DNA of 64,000 bases. It comes from the human T2T-CHM13v2.0 reference genome, Homo sapiens. Position numbers and translations under genes: made by a program. Location of the stretch: the NCBI RefSeq assembly GCF_009914755.1, contig NC_060928.1, one strand, 5' to 3'. Under the pieces are notes generated by a model. That model ran no database searches, was not told the DNA's origin, and saw only the letters and a list, made by a program, of their open reading frames with translations. Shown here one piece after another: positions 13,660 to 28,584 of this stretch; positions within the stretch are counted from its first letter, which is position 1; each line of letters starts with the position of its first letter.

Positions 13660-16600
13660 TTCAGGAGCTATATTTTTCTTGATTATTTGTTATTTGGGTT
13701 TTTCAGGGAATTTTTCTACTTCAATAAAGTTAAATTTGCTGAAAAATGATTCAATGTATCCCCTAATCTTCTAATCTCCATGGGACCTATAGTGATGCCC
13801 CCTCTTTTTTGTGTTATTTTTCAGCAATTGTTATTAATTTTTTTGGTTTGTCTAACAAGAAGTGTAATAATATTGATTATTTTTAATCAATTAGCTTTTA
13901 GATTTATTGTTTTCCTGTTCTTGTCATAATTGTTTTTCTCTTCTTCATAATTTATTTATTAATAGTTTTATCTTTATTAATTATTATGCTAATTTTGACT
14001 TTAATTTTTTCTTCTATTTTTAGTTTAATCAGGTTGAAGCTTAGATCCTTGATTTTAAAACTTGTATTCTTTTCTAGTATAATCTCATAAACTACAAATT
14101 TCCCTCTAAGTACTGTTTTAGCCTCCTACAACAAAGTTTAATATATTCTGACTTTAAGTTGAAAGTATTTTCTAATTTTCTGTAACACATGGTTTATTTT
14201 AAATCGTGTTGTTTGATTTCCAACTAATTAATTTCTAATTTAATTTTATTAAAATCATAGAGTAATGTTTTCATCCGATCAAATTTTCGAAATGTGTTGA
14301 GACTTGTTTTATGCTCTAACTTGTTGAATATTCCCTGCCTATTGAGAGGAAAACATTAAAATCTAGAAGAATAATTGAGGATTTGTCTATTGACAAATAG
14401 ACAATAAGGTTGTGTCTATTGTGTTTTGGAGTGTCAGATTTTGCCTTTTCTTCTTTTTTTAATCTCTGTTTTCTGTTAATACATATTTAGGATTGAAAAA
14501 TATCTTTATATTGCAAATACATTCACTCCTATTGTAATATGGAATGCCCCCTTTATCCCTGGTACCAGTTTTTGTTATAAAGTCCAGTTTGAAATTAGTT
14601 TAGCCCTATCATCTTTCTTAAAACTAAGAATATATATCATATCATTATTTTGTCATTAATTTTACATTTTAATCTTGTTATCGAGTCTCCTTAAGTAAAT
14701 TGTACTTGCTTTCTCTTAACTAGTTAGTTTCATTGTATTGAAAATGAACTTATTTTAGAAAGAACGGTTTGGAACTTGTATGTTTACTCATTTTTATGTT
14801 TTCTAACTTTTAATCGTTTGGACCATTTATATTTAAAATAATTTTCCATATATTGGGATGTATCTGTAGATATGGAGATTTTTAAAACTCTTATATGTTC
14901 TTTGTTCATTTACTCCTCTTTTCCTGAGTTTATTTTTTAGGATGGCATTTTATATTCACTGTTGGAATGTTTGCTTATGGTACTTTGATTTTTAAAAAAT
15001 ATTTTGTAGTGTTTAATTGTAGGATTTACATTAAGCGTGTAGCCTATTTCTATAAACTATAACAACACTTTACACATAAGTACCACAATTATCTAGGTGC
15101 ATTGCTTCTCCTATCACTATGTCACATAGTTTACTTCTACACATTGTAAACCCCAAAGTATCTGTTATATTTGGTTTAAACAATTATATTTCAAACAAAA
15201 TGAAAATATAAAATATTTTATATTTATTCATAAATTAACCATTTTTGTGTTCTTTATTGCATAGATCCGTTTCCATCTGGCGTCATTTTCCTTCAGCCTG
15301 AAAAACTTGAGGTAGAATTTCTTATAGCTCAGGTCTGCAGATAAATATTGATAAATCATACAGATTTTTTGTCTTATCGTTATTTTGCCTTCATGTTAGA
15401 GTTTGCTGGTTTTATAATTTTAAGTTAACTTTTTTCAGTATTTTAAAGCTTGCCTAAATTTAAAAGAGACTTGTGAAAATGTTCATTTTTGCTTCTCATT
15501 ACATATCTTATGTGTGTGTGTGTGCATTTCTTTTCTGCTTTATCATTTGTTCTCAATAAGTTGATTATAAAGTGACTTTGTGTATTATTTGTTAGTTTTT
15601 GTATTGCTTGCAGTTTGCACTAGTTTTTGGTTCTCTAGGTTTGGGGTTTTCATCAAATTTGAAACATTTTCAGATATGATTTCTTCCAATATATTTTCTG
15701 CTTCCTACCCCTTTCTAAGACTTCAATTACATGTGTGTTATTATTTCATAAGCCATTTATGTTCACTTTGTTTTCTTTCTTTCACTGTGTTCTCTTCGTG
15801 CTTCATTTTGGATATTTTATGTTACATTGTTTTCAATTTCTCCAGTTATTTCATTGAATCCACTTAAATCCCATTTAGAGAAGTTTCATTATGTATATTT
15901 TATTTTACATCTCTTTTAGAGTCTTTGCTATTTCCATCATCCTTGCCATTTATTTATTTTTTATTGTCAGATTTTTCTCCTGATATGGGTCATATTTTCT
16001 GCTGTTTTAGCAAGGATGTTGAACATTGTTCATTCTGAACTGTTAAGTGCTGGATTTTGTTATATTCTTTCCAGTTTGCTGAACTCTGTTCTAGTAGAGA
16101 ATTCCACCACACACAATTAGTTTTAGCTTCTTTTTTTTTAAGTTATTTATTCGTTCGTGTTTTGGTGGGGTACAGGAGCATTTTATTTTCAGACTAGGCC
16201 TATTTTAGTCTTACTGCTAAGGTCCAAGTATTCTGTGTTCTTTACTGTGTACCTCTGGTATTCAGCAGATTCTGACCCTTCTGGCCTTCCAAACGCTGAA
16301 GTTTTGTGTTAGCCTGGGAATTGCTCTTTCTCTAAATTTTTCTTGCTATAGTCTTTATGGAATTTAATTGAGGGCACATGCTGATTGGCATTTAGCCAAA
16401 GTCTCACAGACCTTTAATTTCCGGAATTGTTTTTCTCTGTGGAGTTGTTTCCTCTCGGGTATTTTAACTCCAAAATTCTAGCTGCCCCAAACCTCCTTGA
16501 ACATCAATTTCAGTTTCCTTAATGCAAGTAGACTTGCTGAGCTTGGTTTGGTTTTCCCCTCCCCACACTACAGTCTTTAAATTGTTCCCCAAGCAGAAAG

Positions 16601-16765
16601 CAAAACGATCATAGGATTCACTCTCTCCAGGATTACAATGCTGCAGGGCCTGCTGTCCGGTGACTTAGAACTCAAGTTTCCTATATTTTCTCCGAATTTT
16701 AGTTGTTTTTAGTGGAAGAATAATTCTAATAGGAGTTACTTCTTCATGGACTGAAAGAAAGTCAC
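13660..16765 (-). mobile_element. Ancient L1M (MC/ME-class) fragment: ORF2 5' part, ORF1 and 5' region
   Basis: T-rich antisense L1 text: tacaaatttccctctaagtactgtttta, gttgagacttgttttatg, tcaaatttgaaacattttcagatatgatttcttccaatatatttt. Confidence 0.75.
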
Positions 16766-16830
16766 CAAAATACCAGACTAATTCAATGTTTGTGTAAATT
16801 ACAAAAGTTCACATTTTTTGAAGGAAGATA

Positions 16831-17135
16831 TTTTCTTCTTTTTTTCCCCCCCCCAAGACTTGAGTCTTGCTCTGTCGCCCAGGCTGGAGTGCGGTAGTGA
16901 GATCTCAGCTCACTACAACTTCCGCTTCCTGGATTCAAGTTATTCTCCTGCCCAGCCTCCCAAGTAGCTGGGACTATAGGCACCTGCCACCACGCCCAGC
17001 TAATTTTTGTGTTTTTAGTAAAGACAGGGTTTTGCCATGGTGGCCAGGCTGGTCTCGAACCTCAGACCTCAAGTGATCTGCCCACCTCGGCCTCCCAAAG
17101 TGCTGGGGTTACAGGTATGAGCCACCATGCCTGGC
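16831..17135 (-). mobile_element. Alu (AluSx/Sz-like)
   Basis: Full dimer; TSD aaggaagat at 16821-16829 and 17137-17145; a C run sits inside the tail. Confidence 0.95.
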
Positions 17136-17988
17136 AAAGGAAGATGCATTCTTAAGCATAAAAAAATCACATTAGTGTTAAAGCTGACTTTCTTACTTAC
17201 TCATGGTAAAATATTAGTATTTATTCAGTGTCTATCACTAAACAAGGATTCATTTTAAATGCAAATAATTCTATGCTCTTACCTTTTGCAAATTTAGAGT
17301 TACTTGAAGAAACTATTACTTCACTTTTACTTTTTGGTAAGCCTTAAAGTATGGGAAATTGATGGTTGGTTTTTGTGAAACAGATTTCTATTGAAGACAA
17401 GCATTAGTTCCGTTAATACTGGTATGACAGTTTCTACTGGAGTGACAAATTTCTTTTGACAAGTTGTCGGGGTGTCCGTCGTCTCTTACGTAGGCTCTCC
17501 TAAGGATCAGAAACTTTAATGATAGTGCCAAGAAGGCTGACTCTTTTATTGAGGCAATCCAACCTAGGGGTTTCTGACATCTTCAAAGGTCAGAAAATCA
17601 AATGCTGTGTGAAATAATTTAAGGCTGGCATAAAGGGTGACTTCATTGGACTTCAAAAGCAGAACAGAAAAACCTAACAATATAACTCATATTGTACCTG
17701 TAAAGGTAGGCAAACCAGAGTAGAATATCAGGGCTCAATATTCAGAAGAAGCAATAGCGAGTGAACAACTGTATAGACTTTTTATTCCTTTAAAATGTTT
17801 CCGGTCTTGACTTGAGCATTTATGTTAGGTCACTGTACAGTCAATAGTTTCAGGCCAAGTCTCATCTTTCTATGCATACCAAGACTTCACATAAACAGAA
17901 TGAGGTTTTCAGATTTTCCCACTAGATATTCAGGGAAAATATACTCAGAATCCATGAAGAGAAAACTATAAACTGAGGTCATCTCTGC

Positions 17989-18352
17989 TACATTATTCTG
18001 TTCTTGCACTACTAATAAAGGCATACCTCAGACTGGGTAATTTATAAAGGAAAGAAGTTTAATGGACTCACAGTTCCACATGGGTGGGGAGGCCTCACAG
18101 TCATGGTGGAAGGCAAAGGAGAAGCAAGGGCACATCTTACATGGTGGCAGGCAAGAGAGTGTGTGCAGAGGAACTGCCCTTTATGAAACCATCAAATCTC
18201 ATGAGACTTATTCACTATCATGAGAACAGCATGGAAAAAACCAGCCCCCATGATTCAGTTACCTCCCCCTGGGTCCCTCCCATGACATGTGGGATTTATG
18301 AGAGCTACAATTCGAGATGAGATTTTGGTGAGGACACAGCCAAACCATATCA
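17989..18352 (-). mobile_element. THE1 (THE1B/C/D-like) solo LTR
   Basis: Ends ...gacacagccaaaccatatca, the reverse complement of TGATATGGTTTGGCTGTGTC. 5-bp TSD tctgc at 17984-17988 and 18353-18357. Confidence 0.95.
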
Positions 18353-19099
18353 TCTGCTATTCCAATTACAATGTTATGGACCAGGAATCATTAATAGTCT
18401 ACCATAAAATGATTGGAGTACATGTTCTAATCTAGCCTTAAAATAAGAACCTATTCTCTTTTTTAAGTTTTTCTTCATGAAACTGGCAGGGATGTGTAGT
18501 GATATAAGTGTGTGTCTGACTTACAGACAGACAAGCCCCTTTTTACGTTTTTCCATCTGAGAAAACGCTGCATTCTAACACGGATTGCTTTTCAGGTACT
18601 GAGCCAGATAAGGCAGTTTCGGGTACCAGAAAGGATAGAAACAGAAAGTAAGATGACTTTGTCCTGTTTATACTCGCCTGGCAGTTTCCTCTGTTATACT
18701 CAGAGTCCATATTGCTGCAAATACAAACAATACTATGCCCAGGTGATGCAGTAACATGGACCACAGACTCACATTGTAGGAGCAAGAAGAAAAACTTGGA
18801 AACACATCATGAGCTGAAAGGAGAGTGGCTCAACTCCTCAGCCTCCTTAGTACTTCAAAAATATAAATGCTTCTTTACCTCATTGTAAGTAGCACATATG
18901 TCAAAGGAGTGGTAATCATTGGAAATTTATCAATAATCCGTATTCTCCCTCCAAGAACTCTCCCTTTAATCAGTGGTCTCTTTTAACATAATGACTATGT
19001 GCCCAGAGGTTTTTTCTACCACAGGAAAAGGGATGCTTCTGTCAGGACAGATGTGAAGTGAAAAAACATGTAAGGAAAGCCAAGAAGCCCCAGTTGGTT

Positions 19100-19550
<451 letters not shown>

Positions 19551-19804
19551 CTGAGGCCATTTTTTAAACTGGCTGACAGCTACTACCTGCATCTTGATCA
19601 TATTTCTTCCCAGAATAATTATTTTTCTTCTCCTTTGATTCTACACATAGAGGTTTTCTCAACTCAGTCCCAGGATGATTTTTCTAAAACTTCAGAATAA
19701 CAAATAATCATACTTTTGATAGCATGACAGCACAAGGTCATGGAACATGGCTCTGGTTTCTTACACCATCTTTATTTGCTACAGTACCTCTTATTCATAG
19801 GAAC

Positions 19805-20015
19805 TGATATTTATTGAGCAATAACTATGTGTGAGATGCTGTTCTAGTACCCTCATAACATGTAAAGTCATTTAACACAATAACTTAATGAAATAATCCA
19901 CATTTCACAGATGAGGAAAGAAGTTAAATTATTGCTTCCACTTTACACAAATATGTGATTATGCAAGGTTTCCTATCCAGGCCATGAGACTGAAAACCAA
20001 ACTCTGACCCATTAT
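19805..20015 (-). mobile_element. MIR
   Basis: atatttattgagcaataactatgtgtgagatgctgttctag...catttcacagatgaggaaa. Confidence 0.7.
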
Positions 20016-21339
20016 AGTATAATATATCTTTATAGTCTTCAGAGTCACGCATAGTTTTGTGAATACAATATGAACTAAATAAATATTTGTTGAACAATAA
20101 TTACTGAGGTCAAATAGGCTGTTAATATATATAATTTTTAAATGTTATGGTTAATGTGTATATTACTGGGCACTGTTCTTTAGAATATTAAGAGGTTTTT
20201 GTATCCCAAAAAAAGGAACCTAATAACTGTATTAAGAATGACATAATTTTATTTTAATATTATATCAATCTAATAAGGTATGAACAGATGCATAGAACCA
20301 CTTATTTGAAATTTTCTGTAATACCACATCTAATTTTCACAATGTTATCAATTTAACAGGGACTCTAGAACTCCTGTCACAATTTTATTATTGAACTGCT
20401 TTTATATTTTGGTAAAGTACTTTACGTTACTTTCAGTTCCCACTTCTGAAAAAGAAAGATAAATAATTCTTACATAAGTTCAGGAGACAACTCACAGAGA
20501 AGTAAATGAAAGACTCTAGGCATTCATAGAATTCTGGAGTTATGCTTGACCTTAAGATCTCATTTATCCTCCTGGGAATCTAGTTTCTTGTAGTTACATA
20601 TTTTTTCATTTTTTTTTTTTTTTTGCAGCTCCCAATGGTATCTTAAAAACTGCCCTAAGGCATTAAACAAAAGGAAAATATGGACCCTAAACCATTCACA
20701 GACCTTTTTTTTAAAGACCAATTGTGATTCAATATGTATCTGTGACTTACAATGACTTATTCTTATATTCTATAATTTAACATGTAATTATTTGTTTTGG
20801 CCTTAATATCTCGGTAATTTTTTGTTGTCCTCTTCTTCGTAGCTACCTTTCTCCCCATCATGAGAATTTTCCTGTCAAACCCCTCATGAACATTAAATAT
20901 GTTTAGGTCTTCCTTCTTGGTTTTATAATACTCTTAAAGTGTCTTCCAAATTTAAATTTCCCTGCCTTCTATTTGCTTTGTCTCATTAAACTAAGGTTCT
21001 TGATGAGGTCTTTATTCTCTCCAACTCTTTTTTAGGCTTAGCCTGTGTTTCTACCATTTAGAATGGTACCTCTTGCAATCTACACTTGAATGCCGACCTA
21101 GGGTTTATTAATATACTCCAAATTCAATGGCAGTTTATTACATATTTCAGATTCATTAATAATAGACTGTAGACTCATAAACTCCTTTAGCCTTTATTCC
21201 AATCCCTCAAAAGGCAAGTCATTTATTGCTAACACCATATGTTGCTTTTTTTGTGTGCCCTTGTAGTTTTTAGTGCATATGTAATGAGAATGAGAGTATA
21301 GGATAAAAGAAAGTATACATTTAAAAATTTGGAAACTTA

Positions 21340-21830
21340 AAAATGTAATGGATGTTATGAGCTAGGAAGTGGTTGAAGGTGAAGATCAAATGTTAATCAT
21401 AAAAGGCTAGAAAATGTTGAGCTAGATAAGTAGACAACTGATTGTGCCACTAACAGAAATTTTGAATTCGAGATACAAACACATTTAGCAGGAATGATTG
21501 TGGTTATGCTGAATCTGAGTTGCTGGCAAATGCAATAAGACATAACTCCTTTACTGGTAGTTAGAAATTTATGACTCCAGAATCAAGATTGACATCAGAG
21601 TTGAAGATATAGACCTACACATTTTACAAAGAGATGACACTTGAAGCCATAGAAATAGATGGAATTTTAAAGAAAAGGAGCTTCATGCTTGAAAAAAAAT
21701 CAATGAATCAAAGGTGGTTATAATGAGAAATGCTGACATGGAAGCACCATAAAGAAAAAAGCTAGAAAATAAATTGTTAAAGACAGAAAGAAAAGCAGAG
21801 GTAATAGTATCATAAAAGCAATTAAAATCT
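21340..21830 (-). mobile_element. L2 fragment
   Basis: ggttatgctgaatctgagttg...ggtagttagaaatttatgactccag...gttgaagatatagac...ttgaagccatagaaatagatgga. Confidence 0.55.
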
Positions 21831-22089
21831 TAATCTGAAGTATAAGCTCAAAAAATTAAAACCAGGTTGTCTATATGTACATAGAATTCAAAGTATTTCT
21901 GGAAATGATATTTGTAAATCAGTCTATTTTCTTTAAATAGTATTTTAATTTTTTGCATGATTGTAAGCAGGGAAGTGCTGTTACTAGCATCAATTAATGA
22001 TTTTATTAAACTTCTTATCCTTTATGAGAGATACCTTGGAAACTGAATATTTTTAGTAATTCATAATAAATTTGAAGAAGTTATACCCA

Positions 22090-23015
22090 CCTCCTGGAAT
22101 GTAAGGAATCCATATGGTCCAGAGTGCCTGATGCTTTAATAGAGGCCGATTCCAGTGATTGCAACTCAGGACCTGAAGAGCCAGAACATTCCCGAATTAT
22201 ATGGGAATCTAAAGAATCAGATGAAGACTAGAACAGTCTAGTAGTCACCTGCCAAGGGCCATGCTGGTGGTGAGAATCTACCTTCCAAATTGAGTTATAG
22301 GAATGGCTACATTTCATTGATATTAGGGTCAAATCAAGAAATCCTGGGTATCTATCTTCCCAGTGTCTATTTCTAAACCAGAAATTGACCTTGCAGTTAT
22401 GAGTTTACGAAGGACACTGTGGGAAGAAGGGGTTTTCCTTTCTGGTTGCGATGTGCTTGTTTGGTAGTCTTCTGCACTGCATGTGGTTTCCCAGTGCCAA
22501 GCTCCTGCACCGTGAGCAACTTGTCCAGCATTAGGGTCTTGCCGTGCGGGTGGCTTCTCCATCAGAAGTGCATGAAGGACAGCAGCAACAACTATCTGTT
22601 AGCAACTTTTCTCACCCTCCCCTGGGTAGTTTTGCATAAGAGTAGTTTTAGGGCGATAGCTTCCTATAAACAGCCTTCCAAGGCCCTAGAAGGGATTTCC
22701 AGCAAGTTGCATCAGCATCCATCACAGCTGATTCCCTGCTGAGTGAGCCATGGTCATGTCATCTCTCACAAGGCCTGGGTCTAAGCCTGGCATGATGGTG
22801 TGTGTGGAGTTTTTCCTTGGGTGTTCATGTCAACTGTAGGTTTAGTGGATGCTCCTTGTATCTGATATTCCTATACTCTAGATTTCTCGTTATTTCTTAT
22901 TAGACATCCCTCATTATTCCAACCTATTGTTACAGTGAATAGTTCTTTATATTTCAGTTTCTCCCTTCAAATTACTGCATAATATCTCTCTCCTGATTGG
23001 GCCCAGACTGATATA
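22090..23015 (+). mobile_element. ERVL-class LTR, subfamily not assigned
   Basis: More GC-rich block ending aaattactgcataatatctctctcctgattgggcccagactgata, resembling the ...ctgactgataca terminus of ERVL LTRs. 5' boundary uncertain. Confidence 0.5.
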
Positions 23016-23039
23016 TTAACAAAATGGCATCCTAGAATC

Positions 23040-24130
23040 AAATTTATGAAACAAAATGATATTTCATTATTAATCAGAGATTATGGTACTTAGCATAATT
23101 AGATAGCATAGCTTCTGAAAATCTCTGTCCCACATGGATTATAGATCTAAATGTGAATGAGAAAATAATACACCTTTTGGAATAAAATATCAAGGAATGT
23201 ATTTATAACCTTAGAAAAGACAAATATCCCTTACATAGAACCATTGCAAAAACCATGAATCATTTAAAAAGACGAATTGTATTAAGTTCAAGTTAAGAAC
23301 TTTCATTCATCAAGAGACACTATTACATGATCAAAAAAACAAGCTGGCTTCATTTAGTATATACAACATAAAAACTCATAAATCAGTGGAAAAGCTAACA
23401 GTCTGAGAGGAAAACAAGCAAAAGACTTGAACATTTTGCAAAACAATCTAGAAACCCAAATGGCCAGTAATTATATAAAAATGCGTTTAACTTCATTAAC
23501 ATTGGGGAATTACCAATTAAGTCAAAATGTGATACTACTACACCTATCAGAATAACTTAAAAAAAAAGACTGGCAATACCAAGTATTGGCAAGGGTATGG
23601 AGCAACTGGAATGCTCGTAAACTGTTAGCAAGAACCCAAATTGGCACAACTCTGACAAATTTTTTTGCCTATGACTACTAAAATGAATATATGCATACTA
23701 ATTACCCAGAACACATGTTTGACAAAAATATGTACAAAAATGTTTATAATAGCACTATATATATTAGTCTAAAATTTAAAAATAGCCCCACTGTCTATCA
23801 ACAATCAGATGGAAAAACAAATTGCAGTATATTTAAGCAATCAAATATTGTACAGAAATGAGAAATACCACATTATTTTACACACAGAAAGCCAGACGTA
23901 AAGCAAATATTTACAAGTGAGCCTTGGTGAATTAACATCAACTTTTGTGGAAAAAAGTATCTGGATCGAGGCAACTGGAGACTTTCGGGTGTTGGTAACT
24001 CCTGGCTCTTCCTTGGGGTGCCGGAATGGCAAGTGTATTCAGGTTTTGAAATCTACTGAGGTGCACACTGATGAATTAAACACTTTTTTGGATGTTTATT
24101 ATATTACCAGAAAAAGTTTTTTAAAAATCC
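23040..24130 (+). mobile_element. Ancient L1M ORF2 3' end and 3' UTR
   Basis: aagcaaaagacttgaac, gactggcaataccaagtattggcaagggtatggagcaactgga, tgtttataatagcacta. Confidence 0.75.
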
Positions 24131-25959
24131 TAAAAATAAGATGGCACTGCCATGTAACGAGAAAATTCCTTGTGCAATTGATAATACATGACTGTCCATT
24201 TCTCTGAAGCACTGGAAGTCCCAGGGGTGAAATTACACACTGAATTATTATTAATTCACAATTATATTAATTAATGTTACTTTTTAAAGAGTATTTTAAT
24301 TGACATTTAGTCTCTTCTTTTGTCCTCTTTTCACTGGGCCTATAAACTAGCCATTTAGTTACCTGCTTATAGCCCGAAGCACTTCATTTCTCACAGATTT
24401 GTGTGATAAATAACAACCTAAATGATATTACTTGGAGAAAATTTTATGATTCCCATAAAAATCACCCAGAAATAGGTCATATGTAACAATTTACTAAATG
24501 CAATAACAACAGCTCCTGCTTTATACATTCACTACCAAATCCAGATTTTAATGGTAAAGAAGTAAACATTAAAGCATAAATTAAAGCAAAAGTAATAGTA
24601 AGAGCTGACACAGGTGGCGGAGAAGAATCCTTTCATTCTGCAATCCTCAGATTATTTAGTTTGAACCTTGGGGCCAATAGAAAGTTGAAGTTTTAGAGTC
24701 TCGAAATGCATTTTATGATGGACATGATATGGTGCTCAACTGGTGGATTAATGTGTGCTGCTGGTTGCTATGCTTGCAGTCTAAAGAATGACTCACTGCT
24801 TCACTATTTATTATTTATGGATTACATAGTGGGCCAGTAGAGAGCAGGAAAAAGAGAACTTGCAAACTAAAATCAATACAAATAATCGCCTCTCACAAGA
24901 GAAATCCCAGGAGGTTAAGCAGCTCTCTCTTGTCTTTCCTTGACACATCTTTTTCTCTCTGACTTTTTTCCTTCCTCTGTTTGCTCTAAAAAAAAATTCT
25001 CTATGGAGGAGTGTTTCACTGTTTTGCTCCATTATATTGTTGGTAAATAATCATTATTAGCATTTTTTTGGCCCTGCATTTCCCTAAATGATCCATTCTA
25101 AGTTAAAAATGGTAGCAGGCAGACTACCCTTTAATTAATTCTATAGTCTACTACAATGTGTAGAAAATAAATGTTGGGCAGTGTATGTCATTCCAGATGA
25201 GGAAGACAGTAAACTTAATGAATAATCAAATATGCTAACATTATATTTTGCTCTTCCTAATACCCTTGTGAGATTTTATTTCCTTCCTACTAATTTTATT
25301 AAAAGTAAGTTTACATAATGAGGTCAAATAAATCTACAGAATGTACCTGTGTCATATACACACATGATTTTGATCAGGTTTCCATGTAAACTCATAAAGG
25401 ATTTCATTTTCCTGACTAGCACTAGACAAATTATGGTATCACATCAATGTAAATAGTACCTCAGTATTAAATATAGCATTAATAGAATCAGAATAAAATT
25501 TTAAAGTGTGCAAATACAAAACATATTATTTTGAATTACTGCAAACACAGTTTCAAAAAGCAGGTTTTCCAGTGTTTTACTTGTATTCACTAAGGTTTAG
25601 TAATAATTTAAGTAGGAGAGAAGAACAAAGTTTATGACTTATTTACTTTCTCTTAAGAGAAATAAGTGATATTCAAAATAAAAAAAACCTCTAAGGTATA
25701 TTCTTAGATTTTTGGTAAAAATCTGTATAAAGATCTACATAAAAATTAGAAAAATAATTTTCTTAAATTTATAAAAATATCAATATTGCACAAAATTATA
25801 TTTGCTTGTATCCATTTGAACCAGGATTTTGGCTATTATATTTATATGGCTATATTCTTTTATGGTCAGGTGTCTAACTGGGTTATCTTCTTGACTTCTT
25901 TGAGTTACATGAACTGGGTTATATTCATTGTTTTTACATAAAAAAATGGGAACTTGACA

Positions 25960-26510
25960 TAATATAGCAGCAATGAATGATAGTAACTGAGGCAAATTAT
26001 GAAGGGTCTTGTGAGCAATAGAAAGACATTGGCTTTGAGTGTGGGCATGGTAGGAATCCACTTGACAGTTTTCACTGATGAAAACTATATGAAGATTTAA
26101 ATTGTAAAAGCTTCACTGTAGCTGTTCACTAGACAGTGAACTGAAGAGGCCCAGAGAGGAGCTGGGAAAACAGCAAGAAATAATGGATCAAGTTGAAAAC
26201 AGTGGAGATGGTAAATGAAAATGGGTTCTTGATACAGATTTAGAGATTCACTGTCTCCAACAGGATTTCCTGATGGCTTGGACATACAGTTTGGGAAAAA
26301 GAGTTAAGAAAGACTAAGATGGCTGACCTGAACATTAGAGAGATGGAGTTGCTCTTAACTAGACTGAGAAAGTCAGAGGAAAAGTAAGGTTTGGGGAAAA
26401 CATAGTAAGTTTGAGATGGCTATTGGACATCCAAACAGTAATGTCAATCAGGCAGTTATATACAAGAATCCAGAGTGGAGAGAAGAGGGCTAGGCTAAAG
26501 GAACAAATTC
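25960..26510 (-). mobile_element. L2 fragment
   Basis: ttgagatggctattggacatccaaacagtaatgtcaatcaggcagttatatac is antisense L2 core. Confidence 0.75.
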
Positions 26511-28319
26511 CCCAAAGACATATTAAGTATTATACTTTATTATTGAATGTTATGCTGAAAGGATAATATGTTTTTAGAAAATATTACTTCAGCATCTTGA
26601 TTTCTGCCACTAAGCTAAGTATGTATAGATATTGAGAATGAATGAGATTAAATTTACAATAAGCATTGTCTAAATATTCCCATACTTTACAAACTTTTTT
26701 AAAGGTTAACAAGTACTTATAATTTGGCAATTAATTATGTCTAAATTTGGAATTATATAGGTTTGTTTATAATAAACTGTATTATAAATACATTTTAAGC
26801 ATTATAGTAACTTAAATAACATTGTGGGGTTTTTAATTTGTTTCATCTTACATTTTCTAAAGCTAAATTTTGCTTCCCTTTTTTACTCTAAATTTATATG
26901 ATATGTCAGATTTTTATTCCGGTGTTCTAGATTTCAGATAATCCCTGCATTCGCATACCACTATACCTAAAGCCTACCAATTCAAACCAGTCCAGACGGA
27001 AAGGTAGGGAGACAGTTAATTTACATAATTAAACACTCTAATCCACAGAGTTTGTAGAATAATTGAGTTTCATGGCTTTCAATGACTTTCAGGAACTCAA
27101 AGTATCTATTAGATATCACACATTAATGAGTAGCTAATTATCATATGAAAATATCCAACTCTCAATACTCACCTTTACTTACATTAGAGGCATGCTTCTT
27201 GCATATTGCTTAGTTATAAAAATACTCGCAATCGTTTAAGTACAAATCTCTTTAACTTCGCTAACATTAACCATCTAAACATTTCAAATTAATACATATT
27301 TCAAATCAAACAATATCTGATTATTACACATTTTGTTCAACATTACTTCAGCTGATACTTAAAGCAGTTATGAAAAATTCAAAGGTAAGAATCAATTACC
27401 GAGGATTTTCTAAAGCTTATATTTCTCTGACATTTTTCTAATTATTTCAAAACATTGGAGCAAATCCTATACTCTCTGTTTTCAAAAAGGTATCATTTTC
27501 TTGTTCCTCAATGATTATTTTGCTTCTCAATTATTTTACATACATGATGGTTGGTCTTGATACCTGTTGGCCCATTGAATAGTTTTGCACCCAACAAAAA
27601 CTAAATTGCCCTTTTGGAACGACATTTCAGAAAAAAAAATGGAGTGAATAAGTATTACAGCAAAACAATTTTCCTAAGAGTCATTGCAAAAACACATATG
27701 TAAAAGGCTGTGGCTTGAAGGCTCACAAAAGAAAGTTGACTTGAGGGGCTGTATATGGAAATGACAATAATACTGCATTATTTTCTTCCATTTATTAACC
27801 AGTAAGTTATCTGGAAATACAATGTGGATTTCTTTTAATGTATATTTGTTTGATCTATGCTTTTGATTTTTGTCACTATTTGATAAATAGTGCAATTTAG
27901 ACATTCATCAATGATTTTACTTTTAAAAACATTTAGACACATACCATTTGGGGAGAAAACTAATTATAGGAAACTCTGTTATTGATAATATAAACCAGAA
28001 GTGTTTTATTAAAACAATATCTTGACTAAACCATATAAATCATACATCTTAATGTTTTTACCAATAGAGATTATGTGTAGTTTTACCAAGTTCAAATCAA
28101 TAACAGAAATAAATTAATAATGACATAGCAAAGACCATATGGTAAATTCAATTAAATTAATTAAGAGTTTAATTAGAAACAAACATGTGCCTAGCAGTAT
28201 ATTAAATATTGAGGGGCATACAAAAGAAGCACAGGGCACCAGGCTTGTTTTCCAGATGCCTGAAACATTATTAAAGACACACGAGATGCACACCTGGGAT
28301 AATTAAAGATGATTTAGAA

Positions 28320-28540
28320 CTTTGGAATAGGAGAGACTTTGTGTAAAACTTAGAACCACTATTCCTAATTCTGTAATATTGGGTATATTGCTTGAATTCC
28401 TTAATTCTCAAAGCCTCGCCTGTACAATCATGATAACAAATATATCAATGAGTCACTTAAAGGAATTAGTGAGATATAAATGAAAAGTACTTTGTGTGAG
28501 CCTTGCCATATTGTAAGCATTTTTAAAATGGTAATAAATG
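28320..28540 (+). mobile_element. MIR, decayed
   Basis: ctgtaatattgggtatattgcttgaattccttaattctc...ctgtacaatcatgataac...agtgagatataaatgaaaagtactttg. Confidence 0.5.
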
Positions 28541-28584
28541 AAAATATACCAGTTATGTCAATCTGTGCTGTAATGGCTACATAG

